DNA of 47,133 bases, taken from IMG/VR virus record IMGVR_UViG_3300032274_000009, positions 1 through 47,133 of that record; one strand, written 5' to 3'. This document shows, in pieces, positions 26,084 through 35,440 of the stretch; within the stretch, counting starts at the first letter, position 1, and each line of letters begins with the position of its first letter. Under the pieces are notes generated by a model. That model was not told where the DNA came from. It saw only the letters and a program-made list of their open reading frames with translations, and made no database searches. The stretch is from a virus. Its lineage: Duplodnaviria > Caudoviricetes. The translations under genes were made by a program, and so were the position numbers.

Positions 26084-26797
26084 ATGAGCAAAAGCAGAGG
26101 ATCCAAGGCCAGAGCCCGAGAAACTCCTGAGGAGCGCCAAGAGAGACTGGCGCGGCGCCGCCTGAGGCGCCTTCTCAAGGCTCAAGAGGAGACGCCAGAG
26201 GAGGCCAAGGCCCGGAAGGGCCTAAAGAGGGCTTTGGATATCGCCCGGAGGGCGAGGGAGACCCCTCTCGAAAGAGAAGAGAGGCTCTCAAAGTCTCGGG
26301 AAGAGTGGGAAGCCCGGAGGAGTAGGGAGACGCCCGAGCAAAGGAAGAAGAGGCTCGCCAAGAGGGCAGAGGCTCGGAGGCTGAGGGCAGAATCCGAGAC
26401 CCCTGAACAAAAGAAGAGGCGCCTCGCGAGGCTGAGGGCTTATTGGAAGGAGAAGTCGAGGACGGACCCGAGCCACCGGATTGCCCGGGCATTAAGAGTC
26501 CGGATTCGCAAGACTCTCCTCTTCCACCAGGTACTCAAAGTAGGGTCTGCCGTCCGGGACTTGGGCTGCACTCCTGAGGAACTGAGAAAACACTTGGAAT
26601 ATCTCATGAAGGAGGGTATGACTTGGGACAACTACGGGCCCTGGCACGAGACGGAAATGCGTTGGCACATTGACCACGTCAAGCCCCTGGCGTCCTTTGA
26701 CCTGACCGACCGAGAGCAGTTCCTAGAGGCCTGCCACTACACAAACCTCCAGCCCTTGTGGGCCCGAGAGAACCTCTCCAAAGGAGCCCGAACATGA
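26084..26797 (+). CDS. HNH-type endonuclease with five N-terminal 23-aa repeats
   Basis: LGCT.EEL..HLE....GMTWDNYG......WHIDHVKP...FDL........CHYTNLQPLWA.ENLSKG. Confidence 0.85.
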   Translation: MSKSRGSKARARETPEERQERLARRRLRRLLKAQEETPEEAKARKGLKRALDIARRARETPLEREERLSKSREEWEARRSRETPEQRKKRLAKRAEARRLRAESETPEQKKRRLARLRAYWKEKSRTDPSHRIARALRVRIRKTLLFHQVLKVGSAVRDLGCTPEELRKHLEYLMKEGMTWDNYGPWHETEMRWHIDHVKPLASFDLTDREQFLEACHYTNLQPLWARENLSKGART

Positions 26798-29205
26798 TCC
26801 CTCGAGTCGCTCTACTGAATCCGCGTGAGGTCCGAGGCTACTGGGGAGGATCCGAGGTCCCCGAAATGCTCAAGGTCGTTTCCCTTGAGGACGCCTTTGC
26901 CACAGCTTGGCCCAACGACCAGCACCTCCTCTGCTACGAAGTCGAGGGGGACTCGGCCTGGCCCCGGCTGACCACGTCCTGCATTGGAGACCTAAGGGCC
27001 CGAGGAGTCCGTATAACGCAGCGCGTCATTGTGTTGGACTTGGATACCCCTGGGCATGTCCCTCTCTCCGAGGACCAGGCCCAAAGCATTGGAGAGGTCG
27101 CCAAGAGGTTGCCGGCCCTATGGGCCGCGCATACCACCAAGCACGGAGCCCACTTCGTGTTCGTCCTAGATCAGCCCCTCGAGCTTGAGGACGTGACCCC
27201 CTTCCAACGGGGTCTCGCAACCCTCCTCGACCCCTACCTCCAGAAGGCCCTAGGCCAGGGGTGGCACATTGACCGGCAGGCCATGGGCTGGGCCCGACCC
27301 TTCCGCCTTCCTTTCGTGACCCGAGACGGGCGCCCTACCGTCCCCCTGGCCCAAGCCTACCCGGGTAACACCCTCCCTCTCGACGCGGTCAAGCCCGAGG
27401 GGCACAAGAGCTCTGTGTCCACTGCGCTCCAACGCCATGCCCCGATCCTCTCTGACGAGGGCTTCCGCACCGGGGTAGAGGGCAAGGTCTTCCGTCGCAA
27501 GGCCAAGAAGGCCCTCGCGGGCCTGCTCCCCGACATTTGGGGGACCCTGAAGGACCCTCCTGAGCCTCTCGACCTCCTCAGCAACCGGGACGGTCGAGGC
27601 CGTGACGGAGCCCAATACGCCCTTGTGGGCGCGACGGTGGGCAAACTCTTCGGCTGGGCAACGCCTGAGCAGGTCTACGGACTGCACTACGGACAGGCCG
27701 AGGCCTCCCTCCGTTCGGGGGACGACGAGGACCTCCGGGCCAAGCTGTGGATCCAGGTCTGTCGGCTGTGGGGGGTCGAGGGAGAGAAGCGGGAGCAGGT
27801 GGAGGAGGTGGCCCTCGAGGTCACAAAGGATCTGGCGGCAGAGGTCGCTCAGGCCCCTGGCGACGGGGATACTCCTGCTCTGGTCCTCGTGGGCACCAGG
27901 GTATATGCCCTGCTCCCCAATGGCCTCTACGGGCTGACCTACGCGGTCAAGACCAACGTCAGGGCCCTGCTCCGTGACAACCCTCTATGGGCCGACGAGG
28001 GGCCCTATTCCCTCTCCTTCGAGACCGACAAGGGCGTCAAGCAGAAGACCCCCAACCAAATCATTGACGACTATGCCGAGCAGATCGGGGTCGAGGTCCT
28101 CTTCCAGCCCGGCCCGCAAGGGGCCTGGATCGACCGGAGCAACCCTCAATGCCCGCGCCTGGCCCAAGGGACCTTCCAACGGGACCCCGACCTCTCCCCC
28201 CAACATGACCCGGAGATTGAAGAGTGGCTTGACGCCCTCGTGGGCCCCGACCAGCGCCCCCTGCTGGACAAGTGGATCGGCCTGAGCCTGGCATATGAGC
28301 GAGGACCGCTCTGTGCCCTGTCCCTCGTGGGACCTCCCGGGATCGGCAAGCAACTCTTCGTCAGGGGTCTCAGCGAGGCCCTCAACCCCTCAACCCTCGC
28401 CATGAGCGACGTGTTTGGGAAGTGGAAGGATTCCTTGGAGACCGCGCTGATCGTCAACGTGGACGAGGGCTTCCCCCAGGCCACTGAGACCCATATCAGC
28501 GACACCTTCCGCTCCCTCACGGGGGGCGACCCAATCGCCCTTGAGCGCAAGTATCAGGCCCATGGCCGTGTTGCCTGCCCTTACCGAGTCGTCCTGACGG
28601 CGAACAACCCCAAGCTCCTGGGAACCCTCTTCTCTGCCCGGGGTATGACCTCGGAGGACCACGCTGCCTTGAGGCACCGGATCCTGCACTTCGACTGCTC
28701 CCCGAACGCCAAGGCGTGGCTGGACTCTCACGGAAATCGCCTGACGACCCATACATGGGTCCAGAGCCCCGCGAAGAAGCTGGCGAGGCACTTCCTCTAC
28801 CTCTACGAGAAGCACGGTCAAGAGGGCGGGGCGGGGCGCTTCCTCCTCCAGGGTAACCTCTCCTCCAAGAAGGTCCGGGAGCTCGAGCAGTCCAAGGCCG
28901 ATTCCCGCTACAAGAACGACATTGACAACATGGGCGAGGTCCTCGCCCAACTCAAGGGGCTCCCCAAAGACACCCAGGGTCGGGACCGCGTCAACCTAAA
29001 ATCGGCACTCAAGGCGTGGCGCAGTAAGTTCGACGCCGACGCTGGCAAGGCAAGAGTTAAGAGCCTCTGCAAGTTTTGGTGGACAAGTCCCCCCGCGCAA
29101 TATACGGTACAAGGCACCCGCACCCGCGGGTATGGATTCGTCCTTGACCGAGACAGGCTGATTGAGGCCGGCCACCTCGACCCTTCCCCAACCCCGGCCA
29201 CCTAG
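26794..29205 (+). CDS. Primase-polymerase (AEP-like) fused to an SF3/D5-like helicase
   Basis: DLD and HTTKHGAH primase motifs; GPPGIGK Walker A, VNVDE Walker B, LTAN motif C; ATG 26794 in an ATGA overlap. Confidence 0.8.
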   Translation: MIPRVALLNPREVRGYWGGSEVPEMLKVVSLEDAFATAWPNDQHLLCYEVEGDSAWPRLTTSCIGDLRARGVRITQRVIVLDLDTPGHVPLSEDQAQSIGEVAKRLPALWAAHTTKHGAHFVFVLDQPLELEDVTPFQRGLATLLDPYLQKALGQGWHIDRQAMGWARPFRLPFVTRDGRPTVPLAQAYPGNTLPLDAVKPEGHKSSVSTALQRHAPILSDEGFRTGVEGKVFRRKAKKALAGLLPDIWGTLKDPPEPLDLLSNRDGRGRDGAQYALVGATVGKLFGWATPEQVYGLHYGQAEASLRSGDDEDLRAKLWIQVCRLWGVEGEKREQVEEVALEVTKDLAAEVAQAPGDGDTPALVLVGTRVYALLPNGLYGLTYAVKTNVRALLRDNPLWADEGPYSLSFETDKGVKQKTPNQIIDDYAEQIGVEVLFQPGPQGAWIDRSNPQCPRLAQGTFQRDPDLSPQHDPEIEEWLDALVGPDQRPLLDKWIGLSLAYERGPLCALSLVGPPGIGKQLFVRGLSEALNPSTLAMSDVFGKWKDSLETALIVNVDEGFPQATETHISDTFRSLTGGDPIALERKYQAHGRVACPYRVVLTANNPKLLGTLFSARGMTSEDHAALRHRILHFDCSPNAKAWLDSHGNRLTTHTWVQSPAKKLARHFLYLYEKHGQEGGAGRFLLQGNLSSKKVRELEQSKADSRYKNDIDNMGEVLAQLKGLPKDTQGRDRVNLKSALKAWRSKFDADAGKARVKSLCKFWWTSPPAQYTVQGTRTRGYGFVLDRDRLIEAGHLDPSPTPAT

Positions 29206-29213
29206 GATTCGAA

Positions 29214-29944
29214 ATGAAGAAGACGATCAACGACAAAGAGTATGAGATCGGCGCATGGGCAGACCTCAAGGGCGCCGACCTCAAGGGCGCCGACCTCTCG
29301 GGCGCCTACCTCAAGGGCGCCGACCTCAAGGGCGCCGACCTCTCGGGCGCCGACCTCTCGGGCGCCTACCTCTCGGGCGCCTACCTCTCGGGCGCCGACC
29401 TCAGGGGCGCCGACCTCAGGGGCGCCTACCTCCCGGGCGCCTACCTCTCGGGCGCCGACCTCAGGGGCGCCGACCTCAGGGGCGCCGACCTCAGGGGCGC
29501 CTACCTCAAGGGCGCCGACCTCTCGGACGCCTACCTCAGTGGCGCCTACCTCAAGGGCGCCGACCTCTCGGGCGCCTACCTCAGGGGTGCCGACCTCAGG
29601 GGCGCCTACCTCAAGGAGGCGAAACTGCCAGCATTCCAAATCCCGCAAACCGGCACGCTCACGGTCTGGAAGTCGTGCCACGGGGTCTTGGTGCGCCTCT
29701 TGATCCCCGCGAAGGCAAAGCGAACGGCCAGCCTCGTCGGGCGGAAGTGTCGGGCCGAATACGCCAAGGTCCTCTGGACCGCAGAGCCCTCGCCCCGCAG
29801 CGGCAAGTTCGGGAGTGCTACGCCGATTACCTACATGACCGGCGAGATCGTGCGCCCCGACAAATACGACCCGGACCCGCGTGTCGAATGCACCCACGGG
29901 ATTCACTTCTTCCTGACCAAGGAAGAGGCGGGAGAGAGCGGGTT

Positions 29945-29948
<4 letters not shown>
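29214..29948 (+). CDS. Pentapeptide-repeat protein with DUF5758-like C-terminal domain
   Basis: 24 A(D/Y)L(K/S/R)G-type units; C-terminal VWK...LVRLLIP..AKR.....RKCRAEYAKV...ECTHGIHFF.TKEEA. Confidence 0.88.
29259..29618 (+). repeat. 15-bp coding tandem repeat x24
   Basis: GCC(G/T)ACCTC(AAG/TCG/AGG)GGC units. Confidence 0.95.
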
Positions 29949-30160
<212 letters not shown>

Positions 30161-30168
30161 GAGTTTCT

Positions 30169-30228
30169 ATGTTTGCTATCGCTTTCGTCTTGTTCTGTGC
30201 CTACGTCCTGCTCGCCGAGGGGTGCTAA
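30169..30228 (+). CDS. 19-aa hydrophobic micro-peptide MFAIAFVLFCAYVLLAEGC
   Basis: AGGAG RBS; single hydrophobic span. Confidence 0.45.
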   Translation: MFAIAFVLFCAYVLLAEGC

Positions 30229-30230
30229 CC

Positions 30231-30335
30231 GTGTCTGACCAAGCAACCCGCGCCCTTGAGCGCCAAGCCGCCCAAGGCGACCCCCAAGCCCAGGCCAAGC
30301 TCACACGAGCACGGGCCCGTGCGAAGACCTCATGA
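30231..30335 (+). CDS. 34-aa peptide MSDQATRALERQAAQGDPQAQAKLTRARARAKTS
   Basis: GAGGGG RBS, GTG start, ATGA-coupled to the next ORF. Confidence 0.55.
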   Translation: MSDQATRALERQAAQGDPQAQAKLTRARARAKTS

Positions 30336-30496
30336 TCGCTCACTCTGAACCTGCTTACTGGGCCAGGTCCTGGTCGTCCCTGTCGTGGTCCCGCTCCAGG
30401 CCAGGGCCGGGGCCGCGGGTGTTTTCCCTATCCTCCTGGTCGCACCCCTGGTCGTGGTCGTCGCGAACCTGCTCGAGATCGAGGTCCCGTGCTTAA
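30332..30496 (+). CDS. IHSEPAY-family microprotein, copy 2 (54 aa, diverged)
   Basis: MIAHSEPAYWARSWSSLSWSRSRPGPGPRVFSLSSWSHPWSWSSRTCSRSRSRA. Confidence 0.65.
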   Translation: MIAHSEPAYWARSWSSLSWSRSRPGPGPRVFSLSSWSHPWSWSSRTCSRSRSRA

Positions 30497-32093
30497 CGAA
30501 ATCCAAGGCCTGCAAGTCAGCGCCTCCCAACTCAAGACCTTTGACCTCTGCCCTCGGAAGTGGTTCCTGGGCAAGGTCGCCCGGCTCCCGGGCTCCAAGA
30601 AGGTCTACGGACACACCTTTGGCACGGTCCTCCACGCGAGGATCGAGGCTTGGCTGCGGGCCTCCCCGAACGGACGGAACCCAGACGGCAGCCCCTTCGA
30701 GCACTACCCCGAGGGGTGGTGGAAGGGCGACGAGGGCGAGGAGGTCCTCCCCGAGGACCGGGACCTGATCAAGGGCCTGATCTCCGACGCCATACACGCG
30801 GGGTATCTCCTCCGGTCGCCTCAGCAGCAGGTGGAGAAGGAATTCTTCGTGCTCATGTCCGGGAGCTCCCAGGACCCTGTGATCCTGAAGGGCTTCATTG
30901 ACCTCGTCCTGCCGGGCGAGATCGTGGACCACAAGGGCACCAAGTCCATGCGCTACGCGCTGACTGAGGACCAGCCCAAAGACGAGGGAGTCCCCCTCGC
31001 GGACCGACCCAAGAGCCGGTTGCGGAAGGACCTGCAACTCTCGCTCTACGCCAAGGTTCTCATGGACCAGTCGCCCGAGGTCCTCGAGGAGGTGCGCGTG
31101 ACGCACAATATCTTCGACCGCACCCTCGGCACGGTCCACCAACGCTCGACAGTGATCCCTCGGGAGGAGATCGAGGCCACCTGGTCTCGCTGCACCGACA
31201 TGGCCCTCGACATGCAGGCCGCCAAGGCCCTGCCCGAGAAGCAGTGGAAGGAAGTAGAGGGTCGCTACGGCACCCCTGCTATGGATTCTGCGTGCAACGC
31301 CTACGGCGGTTGCCCCTACTTGACAATGTGCATGGGCCGTGAGACCCTGAAGCGCTTCCGTGCTAGGCAACTTCGCCTAGCCGCACCCGCGGTCCCTAAG
31401 ACCGCACCACCGTCTGCCCTGGAGGGCCCTATGGACTTCGAAGAGAGAATGCGTCAACTGAAGGGAGAGGCCGCGCCGGCCCCTGCTCCCACCTCCGCCG
31501 AAGAGGCCCCGTCGATCAACGCCCCCGAGGGCGTCACGGAGCCGGCTGCGCCGGTCGAGGCCGAGGCCCTGCCCCGGGCCAAGGAGAAGAAGAAGCGCAA
31601 GTGCGGCAACTGCTTCGAGGTCGGCCACAACCGCAAGACCTGTAAGACCGTAATGCTTCCCGTCAAAGGCAACGAGGACGAGGTTCTCAAGCACTTCGGC
31701 CTCGAGGACGACACTCCCCCTGCCCCGGCGCCCGAGGCCGAGGAGAAGTTGAATGAGGACCCCCTGGCCCATGCCGCAGGGCAAACCGTGACCGAGACCT
31801 TCAAGCCCTCCCCAGGCTTGACCCTCTACATTGGCTGCTACCCCGTGGGGGTCCGGGCCACGCCCCTGTCCCACCTCTTCCGCCAGGCCCTCGCGTCGGA
31901 GGCCTGCACCTTCGAGGACTACTTCAAGGCCAACGCCTTCCAGCGCCGGGACCGCATGACCCTCTGGGTCGAGTCCAAGGAGGCCGAGATCAGCGGCCTG
32001 GTCACGATTCCGACCGAGTTGAGCCCCGACCTCCGGTCCTTCGCGGAGGCCCTCGAGGGTATCGCCACGGGCGTCGTTCGGAGTTGGGCATGA
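30489..32093 (+). CDS. Cas4/AddB-like PD-(D/E)XK exonuclease with C-terminal extension
   Basis: SASQLKTFDLCPRKW, GTVLH, GFIDL, DHK, QLSLYA, C.AYGGCPY...C; CCHC knuckle at 31602-31643. Confidence 0.85.
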   Translation: MLNEIQGLQVSASQLKTFDLCPRKWFLGKVARLPGSKKVYGHTFGTVLHARIEAWLRASPNGRNPDGSPFEHYPEGWWKGDEGEEVLPEDRDLIKGLISDAIHAGYLLRSPQQQVEKEFFVLMSGSSQDPVILKGFIDLVLPGEIVDHKGTKSMRYALTEDQPKDEGVPLADRPKSRLRKDLQLSLYAKVLMDQSPEVLEEVRVTHNIFDRTLGTVHQRSTVIPREEIEATWSRCTDMALDMQAAKALPEKQWKEVEGRYGTPAMDSACNAYGGCPYLTMCMGRETLKRFRARQLRLAAPAVPKTAPPSALEGPMDFEERMRQLKGEAAPAPAPTSAEEAPSINAPEGVTEPAAPVEAEALPRAKEKKKRKCGNCFEVGHNRKTCKTVMLPVKGNEDEVLKHFGLEDDTPPAPAPEAEEKLNEDPLAHAAGQTVTETFKPSPGLTLYIGCYPVGVRATPLSHLFRQALASEACTFEDYFKANAFQRRDRMTLWVESKEAEISGLVTIPTELSPDLRSFAEALEGIATGVVRSWA

Positions 32094-32473
32094 CCGAAGA
32101 GGAACTGCGAGAGCACACGGCTAGGCTCAACGAAGACCTCGCCGAGAACTTGAAGGAGAATCGGGCCAAGGAGGTAGAGGCTTACGAGCGCAGCCTTCTC
32201 CGAAGGGACCACGGCGCCGACGCCCATGCCCGCGCTGCATGTGAAATGAACGAGCGGAGCCGCGAGGAGGCTGAGCGAAGTAAGCGAGACAGGAACGCCA
32301 ATCTCCTCTTCGCCGCGCTCCTGGCACCTGAGGACAGCCTGATCGTGTCTTTGTTGGGGACGCGAATGGTCCTGAAGCACGACCTCGAGAACGACGAGTC
32401 GCCCCGGGAAGACCTCCTCTTCGAAGAGGCTCGAGACCTGATCTCCAAGATCTTCACTGTCGAAGAGGCCTAG
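32090..32473 (+). CDS. Hypothetical protein (127 aa)
   Basis: ATGA-coupled helical ORF. Confidence 0.6.
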   Translation: MTEEELREHTARLNEDLAENLKENRAKEVEAYERSLLRRDHGADAHARAACEMNERSREEAERSKRDRNANLLFAALLAPEDSLIVSLLGTRMVLKHDLENDESPREDLLFEEARDLISKIFTVEEA

Positions 32474-32476
32474 CCC

Positions 32477-32665
32477 ATGTCGGACCCGGAACACCCGACC
32501 TGCCCCGAGTGCCTCCGGGTCCTGTCCCCGCGAGCCTCCACCACCGAGAAGACCTTCGAGATTCTTGAGTCCCAGACCCTAGAGATCCTGCGGCTTGAGG
32601 CTCGGATCCACGAACTCGCCCAAGGCGCTCCTCCGGTCTGGCCGGAGGGGGACCCCGGAGTATGA
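32477..32665 (+). CDS. Hypothetical protein (62 aa)
   Basis: GAGG RBS; CPEC motif; coupled to the next ORF. Confidence 0.55.
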   Translation: MSDPEHPTCPECLRVLSPRASTTEKTFEILESQTLEILRLEARIHELAQGAPPVWPEGDPGV

Positions 32666-33510
32666 CATGGCTCTACGTGCCCTTAGTTTGTGTTCAGGAA
32701 TCGGAGGCATTGACCTCGGACTCCGTTCGGTCGCTCGCACCGTTTGTTATGTGGAGAGGGAAGCCTATGCCGCCGCGGTCCTGGCGGCGAGAATGCAAGA
32801 AGGGCACCTGGACGACGCTCCTATCTGGAGCGACTTACGAACCTTTGACGCTGCGGCGTGGCGTGGAAGAGTGGATCTGCTCACTGGGGGATACCCTTGC
32901 CAACCCTTTTCTTTGGCCGGAGCCCGAAGAGGCAAGAAGGATCCTCGCCACCTTTGGCCTGAAGTTCTGCGCGTGCTCGTGGAGAGCGGCGCCCCGTTTG
33001 GATTCTTCGAGAACGTCAGAGGACATATCTCGAAGGGTTTGCGCGAAGTGCTCCAAGACTTGGCCCTCTTCGGGTTCAATGCGGAATGGGACGTGTTCAG
33101 CGCGGAAGAGGAGGGAGCGCCTCATAGACGCGAGAGGATCTTCATTCTTGCCCACCGCGAGCGCCCAGGCATTCCACAGCAACAAGGGCGGGAGCGACCC
33201 GAGCGACCCGAGCGACCCGAGAGGCTGGAGCCGGGGCGGAAAGGAGCGGCTAACCCTCCACGGCATGGCGAAAGCGGAGCGCTGGCCGACCCCCAAGGCC
33301 AGAGACGCGAGAGCCCCCGGCGGGCGTGCAGAGCAGGCGCGAAGAAGTCCCGACCTGCCGACACGGGTTGGTGGGCCTCTGAACCCCGACTGGGTCGCGT
33401 GGCTCATGGGGTTCCCGATAGGGTGGACAGACTCCGCTCCCTTGGGAACGCAGTCGTTCCAGCAGTGGCTTGCCGCGCATGGCTTGATCTCACAGCCAGA
33501 GCAGGCCTAG
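32662..33510 (+). CDS. Overlapping-frame methyltransferase partner (beta-like subunit carrying motif IX)
   Basis: 282-aa open frame, ATGA-coupled; LPT/WPTP.ARD repeats and LNPDWVAWLMGFPIGWT. Confidence 0.7.
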   Translation: MTWLYVPLVCVQESEALTSDSVRSLAPFVMWRGKPMPPRSWRRECKKGTWTTLLSGATYEPLTLRRGVEEWICSLGDTLANPFLWPEPEEARRILATFGLKFCACSWRAAPRLDSSRTSEDISRRVCAKCSKTWPSSGSMRNGTCSARKRRERLIDARGSSFLPTASAQAFHSNKGGSDPSDPSDPRGWSRGGKERLTLHGMAKAERWPTPKARDARAPGGRAEQARRSPDLPTRVGGPLNPDWVAWLMGFPIGWTDSAPLGTQSFQQWLAAHGLISQPEQA

Positions 33511-33515
33511 CGTGA
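32667..33515 (+). CDS. C5-cytosine DNA methyltransferase (alpha-like, lacks motif IX)
   Basis: Motif I LSLCSGIGG, IV GYPCQPFS, VI FENV, VIII HRRERIF, X RLRSLGNAVVP; GGAG RBS. Confidence 0.92.
   Translation: MALRALSLCSGIGGIDLGLRSVARTVCYVEREAYAAAVLAARMQEGHLDDAPIWSDLRTFDAAAWRGRVDLLTGGYPCQPFSLAGARRGKKDPRHLWPEVLRVLVESGAPFGFFENVRGHISKGLREVLQDLALFGFNAEWDVFSAEEEGAPHRRERIFILAHRERPGIPQQQGRERPERPERPERLEPGRKGAANPPRHGESGALADPQGQRRESPRRACRAGAKKSRPADTGWWASEPRLGRVAHGVPDRVDRLRSLGNAVVPAVACRAWLDLTARAGLA
33192..33221 (+). repeat. 9-bp tandem repeat GAGCGACCC x3
   Basis: Preserves both overlapping frames (RPE and SDP repeats). Confidence 0.9.
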
Positions 33516-35440
33516 CCGACTGGCAATCCCGCCTCCGTCAACTCGGCCCCTCTCGGCCCGGCAAGACTGAGATCCGCAGGATCGTAGAACTCCCTCGGGC
33601 TCCTGAGATCACCCCGGAGCAGGCTGAGACCCTCAGCCACACCTTCATTCGGGCTTCCGCCTACGAGGGTAAGTGCGGGTGCGACTGGTGCCACGAGCGC
33701 GGGAACCCCCACCTTCGGCTGCTGGACGACCAATCCAAGGGCCTCCACTCCTTCCTACTCAACGGGAGGGGGTTTTACTCGGTCAAGGTCGGGGGCGGGA
33801 AGACCGCAATCGCCCAACTCATGGCCTCGATTGCCTACCAGGAGGGCGCCGAGAAGATCCTGATCCTCCTGCCTCCCAGCGTCTACGACCAATTCTGGAA
33901 TCGGGACCTGATCTGGGCCCGCGAGCACCTCGCCATGTCCGTGCCCTGGTATGGGCTGGGCAAGATCCCCCGGAACAAGCGCCTCCTGCTGGCGGGGTCG
34001 GGGCGACCGGGTGCCTACGTCCTGCCCTACTCCTGTCTCTCGACTGAGGACACGATTCAGGTCCTCAGCGACATTGACCCTGACCTGGTGATCGCCGACG
34101 AGGCCCAGAACCTCCGAGGCGACAGCGCCAAGACCAAGCGCTGGTGGGGATTCGTGAACCGCAGGGAGGTCCACCCCAAGATCGTCGCCATGTCCGGGAC
34201 CCTGACCTCCAAGAGCCCCCAGGACTACCACAAGCTGATCAAGGCTTGCCTTCAAGAGGGCTGCCCCCTCCCCCGGGGTGCCATGGAAGCTGCGCGTTGG
34301 AGCGAACTCCTCAAGAGCGGGGCCGAGCCCCCGACCCTACAGGACATTGAAGACATGCGCCCCCTGCTGGTCTGGGCCTCGGTCAACGGTCGGAATACCA
34401 AGGCCATGCGAACTGCATATCGACTTCGGCTCAACACAGCACCCGGGGTCATTGTCTCGTCCGGGAAGGCCCTCGGCGTGGGCCTCGAGATCCGCAACAC
34501 CCCGAAGAAGGTCCCGTCCGAGATCGTGCGGCTTATGAGCAGGGTCCAAGAGGACTTCGAGACCCCCGAAGGGGAGGTCCTCCCGCACATGATCCAGATC
34601 CATGAGACCCTGAGGCAACTCTCGGCAGGCTTCTGGACCAGGCACTTCTGGGACGAGGACCACCCCCGGGTAGAGGAGGCGAAGGACCTCTTCGACCTGC
34701 GCCAGGACTACGCCAAGGCCCTGAGGGAGTTCTTCGGCGCGACTCGGTATCCCCGCCAGGGCCAGGACACGCCCATGGCCGTGGGCAAGTGGCACCACAC
34801 CTACGGAGCGATCCAAGGGCACCAAGACCTTTACGACCTGTGGGCGGAGATCAAGGCCACGGACGATCCGGAGCTCCCGGAGAGGCTCTCTGAGCCTGTC
34901 TGGGTGTCGGACTACAAGATCAAGGCCGCGCTGGCCTGGGCGAGGTCCCGCAAGCGTGAGGGCAGCAACCAACTGGGGATCCTGTGGTGTCACCACCAAG
35001 AGGTCCAGCGCGCGGTCCACCAAGCCTTGAAGGAAGCGGGCCTGCCCGTCCTGTGGAAGGGCGCCGGGACCCGGTGGCTCTACGGGGACGGATCCGAGCG
35101 ATTCTTCTGCGTGGCGTCGATCTCCTCGCACATGGAGGGTAAGAACCTCCAGCAGCACCGCAACCAGCACCTCGTGCAATGGCCTCGCCCGGCCAACCAC
35201 ATGGAGCAACTCCTGGGGCGCCTGCACCGCACGGGTCAACAGGCTGATCGCTTGGTCGTGCAGACCAACGTTTCGACCGAGTTCGACAAACTCCAAGTTG
35301 CGGCTACGCTCTGTGATACAGTATACTTGGCCGAGACCTTGGGAGGGAACCCGAAGCTGCTGCTGGCAGACTGGTCTCCTCTTCCTGAGCAGTTCTCGTC
35401 CGAATACTTGAGGGAGCACGGATATGACCCCCTTGGCTGA
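33512..35440 (+). CDS. SF2 (SNF2-like) DNA helicase
   Basis: VGGGKT Walker A, IADEAQ, MSGT, EGKNLQ, EQLLGRLHRTGQ. Confidence 0.9.
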   Translation: MTDWQSRLRQLGPSRPGKTEIRRIVELPRAPEITPEQAETLSHTFIRASAYEGKCGCDWCHERGNPHLRLLDDQSKGLHSFLLNGRGFYSVKVGGGKTAIAQLMASIAYQEGAEKILILLPPSVYDQFWNRDLIWAREHLAMSVPWYGLGKIPRNKRLLLAGSGRPGAYVLPYSCLSTEDTIQVLSDIDPDLVIADEAQNLRGDSAKTKRWWGFVNRREVHPKIVAMSGTLTSKSPQDYHKLIKACLQEGCPLPRGAMEAARWSELLKSGAEPPTLQDIEDMRPLLVWASVNGRNTKAMRTAYRLRLNTAPGVIVSSGKALGVGLEIRNTPKKVPSEIVRLMSRVQEDFETPEGEVLPHMIQIHETLRQLSAGFWTRHFWDEDHPRVEEAKDLFDLRQDYAKALREFFGATRYPRQGQDTPMAVGKWHHTYGAIQGHQDLYDLWAEIKATDDPELPERLSEPVWVSDYKIKAALAWARSRKREGSNQLGILWCHHQEVQRAVHQALKEAGLPVLWKGAGTRWLYGDGSERFFCVASISSHMEGKNLQQHRNQHLVQWPRPANHMEQLLGRLHRTGQQADRLVVQTNVSTEFDKLQVAATLCDTVYLAETLGGNPKLLLADWSPLPEQFSSEYLREHGYDPLG

